Assembly (NCBI GenBank): GCA_044892525.1
Contig: CM097887.1
Location: 92,482,397-92,546,396, forward strand
DNA: 64,000 nucleotides
Reading direction: 5' to 3'
From: Schmidtea polychroa
Lineage: Eukaryota
A program made the position numbers and the translations under genes. Positions 28,995-42,400 of the stretch are shown piece by piece. Within the stretch, counting starts at the first letter, position 1; each line of letters starts with the position of its first letter. A model generated the notes under the pieces. It saw only the letters and a program-made list of their open reading frames with translations. It was not told where the DNA came from and ran no database searches.

Positions 28995-31900
28995 TTAAGA
29001 ATCTATTTATTTGTTAATATTGAATCAATAATTAAATTAATATTAGATTAAGAAATATATAGATTAAATATTAAAGAAATTAATATATACTCCTTCCGTT
29101 TCAAAAAATTGTCCGATTTAAAAAGATAATCAATCTATAATATGTATCACATATAAAATATAATGATATAACGTAAAACAAACAATTATTATTATTATGA
29201 AATTTTAAAATGTTTGGAACGTTCTGACAAATCTGACGAAATATACGACTAGACATTCTTTTCATATGTTTTAATTATATCTATTACCACTTTCACTTTC
29301 AAGATGCCCAATATATGAGTGTTGTAATGACAAAAAAAAACATTCATTTTAATTTAATCATATCCTTCAAACACGCTATTTACACAAAATTTTAATGTAT
29401 CAATGTTTGAGTTTTAGTATTTTATAATGATGACATGGTAGAAAAAGTCCTCAAATCTAGTACATCAAAATCTAAACTATTTGGTAGCTGAAAGCATTCT
29501 TCACCAGAACTATCAATATCCCTTTGAAGTGTTTTGGAAGGTGCATTATAGTATTGTATTAAAATTTGTTGGACTATCGGAATCACCTTATTGCAAATTA
29601 AGTCTTTGTACTTTTCACTATTTAATTTAAATTTTTTTGTGACAAGTGACCCACTTTGGCGGTTATCAGGTGATCTCAGTGCTGGTACTTACATCTTTGT
29701 TTGTCCAAAGATGAAATACTGCTTCCATTATCACTTGAATAAAACATTTGCTTCAAATATTTCTCGCGAGTCCCCTATCTAATATGGCAGCAAGTAAATG
29801 TTTTGATTGATACTCGATATAAAGAACGATTTCTCATCTAAATGGATTTCATTATAGAAATCTTTAAAAATCAAAGAATCGCTTTTAATTTTTTCTAATA
29901 CAAGACAAATCCGTTCCTTTTTGTTAGTCATCGTCAAAAATAGCTTAACCAAATTAGTCGTTCTTCTTTCAATATTCAACTTAGCGTACCAACATATATT
30001 TCAGTCTTCTCTGAAAATGTCCTCGTGTTTTTTGTTTTATTTATGGAAACATTACCAATCTTTTAGTTTAATATACCGATGTTTATAGATTTTTTTGCTG
30101 AATTTCCAGGTTGGCGAGATTTAACAGATTTTATTTTTTCAGACATGTCGTCTGTTCCAAATGTGTGATATGGTTTTTTAGGAAACTTCAAATTGTTCTG
30201 AAGTCTGCTTCCCATTACCATTCTTACTTATTGCAAAGTATTGCCTTTCCTGTTGTATCTGTAATCACTCGACGTGCAGCGACAAGTTCTGTACCTGTAA
30301 CTTTACTAGATATTTCATTTTGAAAACATGAAGCATTATCTTCGATCTTTTTTTTCTGGTATTTTGTTAAGGATTTAAAATATTAAAACTTTAATACAGA
30401 GAAAAATAAAACCAAGAAAAATTACACTATGATAGAATATGTGATGAATGATTTTACGGTGGGTTTTAAGTTTATTTGTCTATATAGTTTAATTGGTTAT
30501 TTTGTCAAGCTTAATAAATTATTTTTTGGCAAATCAGACAGATTTTTTTGGAACGGAGGGAGTAGATTTTAAGGTTAAATATTCTAATAAAACTTACAAC
30601 GGGTATTTCAATGGAACTCAAATTTTCAAATAAATCCATAGATATATTCGATGTGTCAGAACTTTTAGAAGAATGTTTGGAAATAAATTCATCTTCATTA
30701 AAAGATGGTGATCGACCCTAATAGTGACAAAATATAGAATTAAATAATAGTAAATAATAATGTAAATTATACCGTTTCAAAGAGACTTTCATTATCTGTA
30801 TTTGACTGAAGAAGTATTTTTTTCATTTTATCAGATTTGTCTGATTTCTCTCTAGCTGCTACTGCATTTCTGGCATTTTTAATCATTTTAGCTAATGTAA
30901 ATGGGGGACGTTTTATGGTACAAAATTTTGACTTAAGAGCATTTTCTGCAGAAGGTCGACTACCTGGAGATTTTTTTAAAAAGGCAACTACTAAATAAAC
31001 GAATTCATTTGACCACAAAGAAGGATTTAAAAGGCATGGAGAATCATTGGAAGCTATATGATACATTGCTGCCATAGGGTTCAGTGTTTTGAAATGCGGA
31101 GGTTCCATTTCAGCTGAAACAAATTTACAATTTATTTGATTAAATTATTTATTTTACAAGTAAGATTTCTGGTTTAATAATATTACTAAAATATTGGATG
31201 AAATGAAAGTATTCAATTCAATTACTTAATTTTTGAAGAATAGAAAAATTAAATTTTCATCCCTGAAAGGTTTATTCGGTACATTTGTTTATGATCAACC
31301 ACTATGATAAACTATATTTCGAAATTTTTACCTTATTTTGTTTGAAAATTATTATTTTTCTCAATTTAACTACAAACTAAATTTTTAATAGCCAATTGGC
31401 ACCACAACATTCGATATTGATGATACAAATATAAAGGTACTATATGATATGTAACCAATAAATTTTATTGAATAAAACATTAAATTATTAATTTTTCTTA
31501 AGTATATTTTACAAAAATACTTCAAATTGTCACCGAGTGATTAGTTTTACAAAGTTTGTACAGGTAAAATTAACCAAATTAACATGTTAACTGCAACGTT
31601 AGTTGCGTGTGACTAATGCTTGTCTTACCAATGAAACCTTGGTGGTGATCTATAAGTGAAAATATGATTAAAGCAGGATTAAAGGAACGATTAAAAAAAA
31701 AGAATTTAATTTTGACCCCAGGGAGAAACAAAGACACAACAGTGTCATAAAGATTATATATCTAACAAAAAAGTTAACAAAAAACATTTAATATAAAAAT
31801 GAAGTATAAATTTTTACATATATTAATTATTTAGAAACGCAAAAAAATTTCCAAGTCTTGAATTAGACAAATAATTGTGTTCAAATTCACGTAATAAATT

Positions 31901-34900
31901 ACTTGTGGTTAAAATATTTTTGTTAGCTCAGGTTTTTTAGAAACTTCTATGTTTTTAATAGCTTTCATTGTATACTGACTAGTTTTATAAATAAACTTTA
32001 AAAAATCATTGTATATAAGTGGTTTTGTTTTTTAGATTTTCACTAATTACGTCATAAAAGAATAACCATAAATGTGCAACTATTCGACTGGAATTACGTC
32101 ATTGTTGTTGAATTAATGAAATTTTCAAAAATAGTTTGGTGTATATGACAAATAGATTGAAATATAATTTAGATTTTATAAATATTATTAATTTTTATGG
32201 TAATTTTATATCAAAATATTTCTAACCGTGATTTTCGATGTTTTTAGATTAGTTCTAAAATTATGAACAAATTCAAAGAGGGTCAAATATTTTAACATAC
32301 TAACACGTTTATTTAATTAAATAAATAAATAAATAATGAAAAATAAGTAAGTCAACAATAATATAAATGAATACGAATATCTTACCCATTTCAATGCAAG
32401 TAATACCCAATGACCAAATATCGACTTTGAAGTCATATAATCCACTTTCCATAGCCATAATGACTTCTGGTGCAATCCAAAAAGGAGTACCAACAAACGT
32501 ATTAGCAGGATTTACAAAACTACTTGATCCAAAATCACCCAATTTTACTAACCCCGATTCTGTAAGTAATATATTGCTGGCTTTTATGTCTCTATGGATG
32601 AAATTTTTCTTGTGTAAATAATTCAGCGCTTTCAATACTTCCACAACCACACATCCTATTTCATCTTCTTGAAGTGGTTTCTTAAAAACTATAAAAAGAC
32701 AAATCAAAGCATGGAAAAGTGAAAAAGATGACCATGTTTAAATTGAATTTTTATTATTTATATTAAGCATATATCAAAATCTTCATAAATTTTCAAAATA
32801 TTTTGACATGAAAAAACTAAATTGAACTCAAATGATTGTGTTACGTGGTATAAAATTACTAATGACACATTAAAAGAATCAAATTTTCCGGAAGTTAAAT
32901 TTAACACATTGACTGTCGACTTGATATAGAAAGTCGTTGATGGACTTTGGTGGTCAATGTGTTAAAAACTAGCATTTTAAAAACGGTATATTTTCTAAAT
33001 TTAAATTTTATTTTGTAAATTTACTCATTAATATTCATTTGCAATCATAATTGCATACAAACTGTTCATATTGTAACTGGTTCATTCAGATGTTAAAAAC
33101 GTCGACTAAAAAAAACCACCACTATCAGCGACGGCGAATCAACAAAACACGATCAAATTTGATAAATGAGATGATCAAAAAAGCATTTAGTTACCCAACT
33201 ATTAATTATTCTAAAATCACAACAATCTATCGGAAGCACTTTCAATAATATAAAAAGTAAACAAACTTAATAATACAATAAATTTTAGGAGACAGAATAT
33301 TGGACTAATTTGAAATATTAGTCTAAAAAAAATTTAATTTTAGATTTTGTTGAAGTATTTCACGAACTTTGAATGTAGTTGTAAAAAGTTGAATTGTAAA
33401 TAATTGCAGCAAATTCACAATTATACATTGAAATTTTGAACAACATTGTCAATTTGAATAAAACGATTTATCAACAATGACGTACCAAACAAAGAATAGA
33501 AAAAAGACATCGGAGTCTTCTTCTCTTTCAGGATTATCAATTTTTTCAGACAATGTCACACACTAAAACAATTTTCAAAATTAGAAGACATGCTCTCTAT
33601 GCCAGTATTTCTCAGATTTTCTTTCAAGGTATTCTCGTATTCGATACGAGTAGATGAAAAAATTAATTATCAAACTTTATGAAACGCGATATCTATAGTT
33701 TTTGTAGTAGCAATGGTTTTAAAAATGGATAATTTATAATTATTTAACATAATTAAATGCGTTTCTATATATTTTTTATAGACCGGAGATATTCTTTCGC
33801 GAACTTGAACCCCAGTTAAGAAACACTAGTCTGTCATAAATGATAAATTCTGTCAAAGAATAAACTGATGCTCTCAATAATAAATCACAAAATTATGTCT
33901 ATTATCTTAATAAACCTAATGTTATTTAATAATATAAATTAATACATTCCTAAGTCAATTTATAATATATATAGTTTTTCATACCTAATAAATAAAACTA
34001 GAATTGTAAAACTGTTCAATAGAAAAATCATCATTATATAATTAAATTGTTATAATTAAGCTGCAAAACATTACCAAATTAGAAAAATTAAAATTAATTT
34101 GTCTGTAAACTACTTGTTGGTCTAATATATAATAAAGCAAAAATAGCTTTTTCTTGATTTTCTCAGAAATAATGAATATTTACAAGAAATTCAATGCATG
34201 AAAGTGGTGAGAAAATTTTATAAAATGTTGCGTTTTTAGGAAATTATTGAAACATAATCAGGGCACATCCAGACAGCAAAATGCTACTTATGAAAGTGTA
34301 ATTTAGATAGAGAAGTCTTCGTGTATTATTTATTGTATATTTAAATTGTCATTTTAACATCTAATAAAAAAATTAAAATATCATTTATGTAATATTATGG
34401 TCTATATCAATAATGCTCAACCTTCTTTTTCTTCGGGCCACATAGATATATTTGTTAAGTTACGCGGGCCGCAACACTATACTGGTATGACGAAAAAAAT
34501 CATGAGACCCATCCATTTTTTAGGAAACATTTTTGAGATTTTAAAAATTTTAAACTAAAACAGAATAATAACTACCAAGAAACCATCATATCAGTGTATA
34601 TCAAAGATTACCAGTAAGTATGTTGTTTACAGAAATAAGATTCTAAAAAATAACAACGAAATACAAGTTTTTTTTCAAATATTAGGCTCCGATTCCAAGA
34701 ATTACACGATAACCATAAAACAAATTTCTCGAAACGAATCTCAAGATAAACGAAATTTAGAATGCCAGATTTCTTTTTATGTAAATCATGTTCCTTGATA
34801 ATAAATGTGTTAAGGGTCGCACATAAAAGCTTTGCAGGCTACAGGTTGAGTATGGTCGATCTATATGCATATACTAAATTCTACATATTTATATTTTATA

Positions 34901-37900
34901 AACCTATAAAACTTATATAAATAATAATAATGAATTTCCTTTTCAAGGTGCATCTTTTTCTGTGTTCCGTAGACGAATATTCTCGTTATATTAATTTTCA
35001 TTTTTTGTTAAATGTTTTTTTTCCTTTATCTTTATTCTTTCAGGCAATAGAAAACAGCAATGTTAAAAATTTTGTTAAATAGAAAATAACATTCTAAAAG
35101 AATGTAGATAAACTAAATTGTAAGCAATAGAATAAGCAATATTTTTAAATGTTTATTTTTAGCTGTTTTGATCATTTGCTAAAGTTTCTAACATACCTCG
35201 ATATATGAATTTTACAGTAATTTATATACTTTATCATTTTACTATTGTTTAATTAAAAACATTCAGATTTTAAAAATATCTATTTCATTGGTCCTTTTTA
35301 CGTTTATTAGTATTTTCATTTTCAATGAATTTATCTGAAATGTCTTGTATTTATTGTAGGATAAATCATAATTTTTTTATAATTATTTTTTAAAGAGGGC
35401 TATATTTCAGTTATCATTTTTCGTTATTTAATAAAAGTTGCACCAAGGGCTTATTATAACATTCATTAATTTTTATCCTTAATTAACGCTTCGGTGTATA
35501 TCAAAGATTACCAGCAAGTATGTTAACAGAAATAAGATTCTAAACAATGAAATACAAGGTTTTTCAAGTATTAGGCTCCGATTTCAAAAATTACGTGATG
35601 ACCATAAAACACAAATTTCTTATAAAAATCAATACTTTTTGCTTATATTTAAGATTTTCAAACATTTTAAATTAATTTTAAGTGTATCTCGTAAACAAAA
35701 AGGTTGAAAACCTCTTATGTACATTATATAAATAACTTAGCTTTCGAAAAATAAAAAAAAAATTGAATTTTATTAATTAATTTTTTTATTCAACTTCTAA
35801 ACGTTATTTTTTCGTTAATAAATCGTTCATAAACAGATCAAATATTGAATGCTGATTGAGTATGTTTATTATTTAAACAATTCTGATTATGAATCGTACA
35901 TTGTAATATAAATAAAAATATACAAATCATTTACTGGAATGTACTTATATTGCCAATTCGAGTTGCACAGCACTTATTAAACATTGCATTCTTCAATTAC
36001 AATGTAATTAATAACAAAAATTTACAGTGAAAAGTATTTTTTAATAATTTTATTTTAAGCTGATAATTATAAGAAAAAATGTTTACTATAGGTTATTATT
36101 TTGCAATGTATTGTTTATAAATTAAAAATAAATCTCAGGTGTTTCATATCCTAGTGAAAAATATCACAGTAAAATTTCAATTAAACTAATTTTCAAAAAA
36201 ATTTTAAGTGTATTATTGATTATTATTTGAATCTAGAAAAGGTTTTGTTCCTACAAATTTATCGGATTTCTAACCCAATCAGGACGAATTTAAACTACTC
36301 TTAGTGGTTTGAATATTTAGGCTTTACAAATTATTTCACTGCACTGATTCTCACCACTTTCTGCATTTTTAGTAAACACATTTAGTTATCATTTCATACA
36401 AAATTCAGAGCCTGAATTTTCCATTCTTTATTCAAATGTGAATTTCTGTAAATAAATAATCTAGTGATTCCGAAAGTTTGAGTTTTACTTGCTTTAAAAC
36501 GGAAAATAATTAGGTGGCCCAAAAGTTGCTTTACTTAAAAAAATGATTTTAACATAATCATGTTTCAACAAAAAAGTTATATTTTAAATAAATGAAATTC
36601 ATCATATAAATCATCAATTTATTAGAAATGAATGTTTGAAATGGTTTTTTTTATGCCCAAAACACAATTTTTATACTGTGACAATGCATTATTATTTTAA
36701 AATTCTAAAGTTTGTTTAAAATTCTTAAAGACATTATTTCTGCTAACTATTTCCAAAATTCCGAAAATACATAACGTTAAATCAATTGTACCCATTCTTC
36801 TAAAATATGCATCTAATGTGGTATTGAGAATTTCCCATATATTCTTGTATCTAAATGATTTCGTTGAAATTAATCAAATATTCTAATTCCAGTCATCCTT
36901 GTCCGAAAATAATTTTCCTGGTTAACAGTTTTATCAAAACACACAAGACGAAACCGTTTAATGATTAGATTCTTTCACTGCACTGTAATATCAGAACCAC
37001 TAATTTGGATTTATTCTACCAGTTTAGGATTTTGTATACCTGTAGTAAACACAGTTGTGTTTATTTTCATTTTTATTCAATTTGAGCTTTATCAGTACAA
37101 AGAACTTAAAATTTGAAAATCGTCATTTACATAAATAACATTCATTAAAGTAACAAATGCAAAATTTATTTCGTTAATACATATCATCATTATTGAGTAT
37201 GAGTACCAAGTGAGTTTCTCAAATTTAGTTTTTTATAATCTTTTGCAAAATTATTATTAAAATCGCCAATATCACTTGAAAAGTTCTGTGATTTCCTTGG
37301 TAATTTGTTCAAAAATTCTTTAAAATTTTGAAAGCTTTCTATGCTTCTTCCGATTATTGGCTTTCGCAAACGTAGTGCACTCATCAATTCCTATTATTGA
37401 TAAATTTTTCCATTCCACAAATAATTGAAAAAGTTTTGGAAATGATTTGAAAAATGTTCAATCTCTTTTTCTGATAATAACCGATTTTCGATTACACAAA
37501 TTCTTTATTTTAAAGTTAATGGGCATGACTGTCATAAGTTCTTCATTAAAAATGAAAATATCTTTATAAAAGAGTATTGAGGTACAGTTGAGGTACTCTT
37601 GCGACCATTTTGCATATAAAGCCAGATAATTCAATAAATTTATAATGTTTAAAAACTACGATTCGTAAAATACTGTCATTATTTTGATTTAGTTTACAAT
37701 AAAAAATATATATATTTACTATCAAATTTCATATTAGTAATAAAAAGGCAAATAAATAATAAAATATTTCATTCGCATAATTTGATTGAAGAATAGAGAT
37801 AGATTATAAAATAATCCTCACACAAACAACATGATTATATGAATATATAGCATAATTTGCAATCATTATCAAAACTGAATAAAATTAATCTGAGAATTTC

Positions 37901-39411
37901 AAACGGAGTATTTTATAATCATAACAATTTACAAGCATAAAAAAACAGTTCTTTAATAAATGGCAGCATCACTATCCGGCTGCGGTCGGGGTTTTAACCT
38001 TGTTATACATAATAGTGTATTCGTTGTAAAAATAACTGTAAAATAATATTTAGAATACTATATTATGAATATGACAATTTACTAACAAAAAGGATGAAAA
38101 TTTTATTATTTTCCTAATAACCAAAAAATATATTATATGTCCTGTGCAATGCATCGTTTAAACTGTAAATCCTACAATTTACCCGGACGCTATATATTTA
38201 TACTAAAAGAAGAATTCGCAAACCTGTTCGGCATGCGTAGCGTTTTAATATCGAATTTTAAATAATTTAGAAATAAAAAAATGTTTTGCCATCTAGTTTA
38301 GTTTGTATAAGAGGAAAATGTGGCAAACAAACATAACTGATTTCTAACAATTAGTATTTCAATTATAATTAAATTCATTTTTTGATAAAAGCAAAAATTT
38401 TTTTATTCGTATATTTGAATTATGTCATGGTAAACATTAGTTTGAGATAAAAACAGATTTTCACCAAATAAAGTAAAAGGAATTAAAGGAATACTTTAAT
38501 GTCATAAATCTGGATTGAATAACATTGCAATTCCATATTATTCGTAACACACAATATCATCTATTTTAATGGTTATTTATAAAGGTGTTCCAGGTTTATG
38601 AAAAGAATACTACAACTCTCATGAAAATATGATAGGGAAAATACATTAATTTCACTTTATATTTAAAGATTTTTCAGTCTTTCGATATCAGCTTATTAGT
38701 GGAGAACTTGCAATGAAACAAATGAATCCTCATATAATTGATGACAAGGTTTGCGATTTTAACCAACTACTATAAAATAACACAGTAAGACTTTTAACCT
38801 TAAGTTATTTAACCTTCTGTCTGTTAATGGAGCTCAATTTGATTCAAGAGCTATTAAAATGCAAAATAATAATTAAGAAAACCAAATGGTAAGCATAATC
38901 TTTCTAGAAATGACTTCTATTCTGTTTTTAACTTATTAAAACTATCTATTCATGGGAGTTATATCAGCTACAAAAATGCACTAGTACAAAATGTATACGG
39001 AAAACTAATGTGGTCTATATATTGGAGTGAGAATTCATTTATGTCTTTCCAGCTTACAAACAACATTTCCAACTATTGAATGAACATTGTGAAAGAAATT
39101 ACTGAAATTCAAAATGAAGAGCATCGGGAAAAAACAACTATTCGACTATGTTTCAGGCTCCTTGCTTTTCATCATTCATATTTTATTTAAAAGAAGCTAA
39201 CTAATTAATTTTATTTAATCGTACAATTTTTAATTAAATACTTTGAATTTATCATACACATTTATTTTGGGCTAAATTGTACCGCGCTTATTAATTATGA
39301 TATGAAAATCGACCACATGCCAAAGGTTAAAATGCAATTATGTGAATCTAAGGATATACGCCCATTCACGAATTACACGGTATTTTTTTACACGATTTCG
39401 CTTTTACACAG

Positions 39412-39466
<55 letters not shown>

Positions 39467-42400
39467 AATTTTATTATTAAACATCTTAATAACTGCCTCG
39501 TACAATTTGGCTAAATATCTATAATAGCTGCCTTTTTGTGTTTATTTTGTAAATTAAATTTCTATAATTTCTTTAATAACTCTAGGTACGTAGTAAATTA
39601 TAAAGTAGTTTATTAATTAAATTAAAATATTTTATAGAAAGAATATTTTATTTTATGAAAGAAACTCAAAAAAAACAAAAAGGAACAGTTATATCTTTAG
39701 AAACTAAAATTGATATTTTGGATCGCCTTAGAAAGATCCACAGAGGTTGTAAGATCATATGATATAAATTAAGCTACAATAGGAGGAATAAAAAAAGATT
39801 GAAAATACCATTAGGCAAATTGTTTTGACTGAACCAGACACCAGGAAAAAAACAACATCATAGATAAGAGATATTGCTATAGAAAGTATGGAGAAGGCAT
39901 TAATGATATGGATTGAAGGTAATTTAATACATGAATTATTAGCTTTACATTTTGTGATCAATTAGATTTTTTTAAAGTTTGTATTTGATATTACTAATTT
40001 ATTATTTATATATTATGTTAAAATTAATGAATTATTAAAAATCAACCGTCAAATAAAGAATTTTATCTAATTTTTTCGGTTTACACGGTTTTTGCGGAAA
40101 CAATTTACGGTTTAAATCCGAGGATGGTGGATAAGGAAAGGCAAATTGATAAAGTAGATAAAATTGTAGAAAAAATGGATACATATTTTCAATCTATTGG
40201 TTTATTTTGAGAAATTCGTGCAGGTATACGTTCAGTTGGTGCTCATAGTTGGTTGTTTCAAGGAATTTATGCCATATGGTAAATATGAATAAAGTACGAT
40301 ATAACTGAAACTGAAATATACTTAAGACGTAATAATATGGATGGTTAATCGTGTTAAAATAGTCAACTTAAATGAAGAATATTTGGAAAACTTTGTAAAC
40401 AAATGAAAGCTCAGGCCTTAAATCTACAATAATAGTTTTCAAAAGATGATGACTTACTACTGTGAATTAAAATAAATATTAATATTTATTAATTAAAATT
40501 TTATTTAAAAGACTTTTAAGAGGATCTGGAAAATGTATACAACGATCTCTATTGAATGATCGATTGATAACTTGATTGAAAGTAGTATCTTGGTTTTCTC
40601 ATTGTTCTATAATCGAGTAATTCTCCCCTAGTGTCCATATGCAGGGCTTTTATTTGGTCTTATTCAACTTATTTTGACGCCAACGTTACTTAAACACTAG
40701 TGATTGTTATTTGTAGTCCTAAATAGTGGTGAGGAAAAATTTCGATTATTATGTAACAATTTAGGCCCAACATGTCTTATATTAATAACCTTTAATGTTA
40801 TTCTCTTATGTTTTTTTGTTTTTCTTAAACCCCAAAGGACTATCACATTTAGACCTAAAAAATAGACGCCCTATTCTTGTCTTAGAACTTACCAATGACA
40901 GAATCAAGGTTTCTTGAATACAAGGGATGGTTTTTGCCATAATTGGAAATGTCCAAAGCATTATTTTTGACTACGGCCAGTAAAAGTCTATCAAGTTTGA
41001 AATATTTGTTTTTCAAAAAAGGAATGCATAAATTATGAACAATTAATGTTCATTATTTCAAAATGTTCAAAAAAACACGTAAGGTAGAGGTGATAATACT
41101 TTGTCCTTTACAAAAAAAAAGAAAGCATTTACGGAATTAATTTAAATTCTTTCTTTTAATTCCCTTCCTCAACAGAAATTTCTTTCCTAATTTTCTTAAT
41201 AAAGTGTAGTCGATTTTATTCAATTGTAACTTGTATTCCAATCGACTTTTGTTTTTTCTGATATATGACAAATTAATTATTTCACAGTGCTACAAAAGAC
41301 TTTCTACAAGAGGATTTCTATGTAACAATGCAAACTTGACGCAGTTAGAACAATAAATTAACCAAAGAGCGTTCTTGATAAAGTATTGACGCATTAAAAT
41401 TGACGTATTAAAATTGACGTTTATATGGGCGGTATTAGAAATATGAACCTTAAACCAACTGTTAAATATATTAACCAATATCAGCTTATAATTTGTGGAA
41501 ATATATCATTAGAAAAACATAACCATACTTTTTCTTCGGTATTATGCATAATTTGCTCGTTTCATTAATAATACTGGAGGCTATTTAAGATTTATATTGG
41601 GAGATTGAGCATCATAACATTAGTATAACTCTCCAATTTCATTCACGAAAAGTTTTAGACTGTGTTGAATTGACTAATGATACTTGGGAACACTTGACGA
41701 GATTAGGGAGGGTATCCAAAGTACGTAGTACAAAGGTCCATAACAAACACAATATGAGAAATTAAACAAATTTAGAAGCAGTTTTATGGCAACCAGATTT
41801 TCTAGTTTTTTTACAAATCGTTAAAACGAGTATGGAGAATAATAATTAACTCTTTAAAAAGATTATAAATTTGTGACAAACAAGAACTAATGATTTCTTT
41901 TTAAAGATTGAAATCTAAATGACAGAGTAACTTAAAAATGTACAATTTTCAAATTCAATAAATATTTACTACTAATAAACAGGATGTAATAATTTCAAAT
42001 CACATTAAATCATTTACAATAAGTTTATTAGGCAATTATCGAATAAATTTGATAGAAAAAAATTAAATGAAGTTTAAAAATTAAAATTCTTAATATATTC
42101 TGATATTTTTATAGTAATCAATAATTTATTTATAACCTCAATAATAAGTTCATGAAAATTAAAAGTAAATAACTAATAAAATAATTAAATTGAAATTAAA
42201 TTTAGTAAAAGCTAATAATTTACCTTCAATTATATCAGATACAGAACCCAAACAATAATCCATCACAATCTAAAATAGCAATGATTTTGGTTGAAAACGT
42301 GAAATAGTTTACTAATGGATTGTTTCCTTTTAAATAATATCCTTTAAATGATATACAGTTTTCATGATTTAACTGTTTCAATAAACATATTTCCCTTTTT

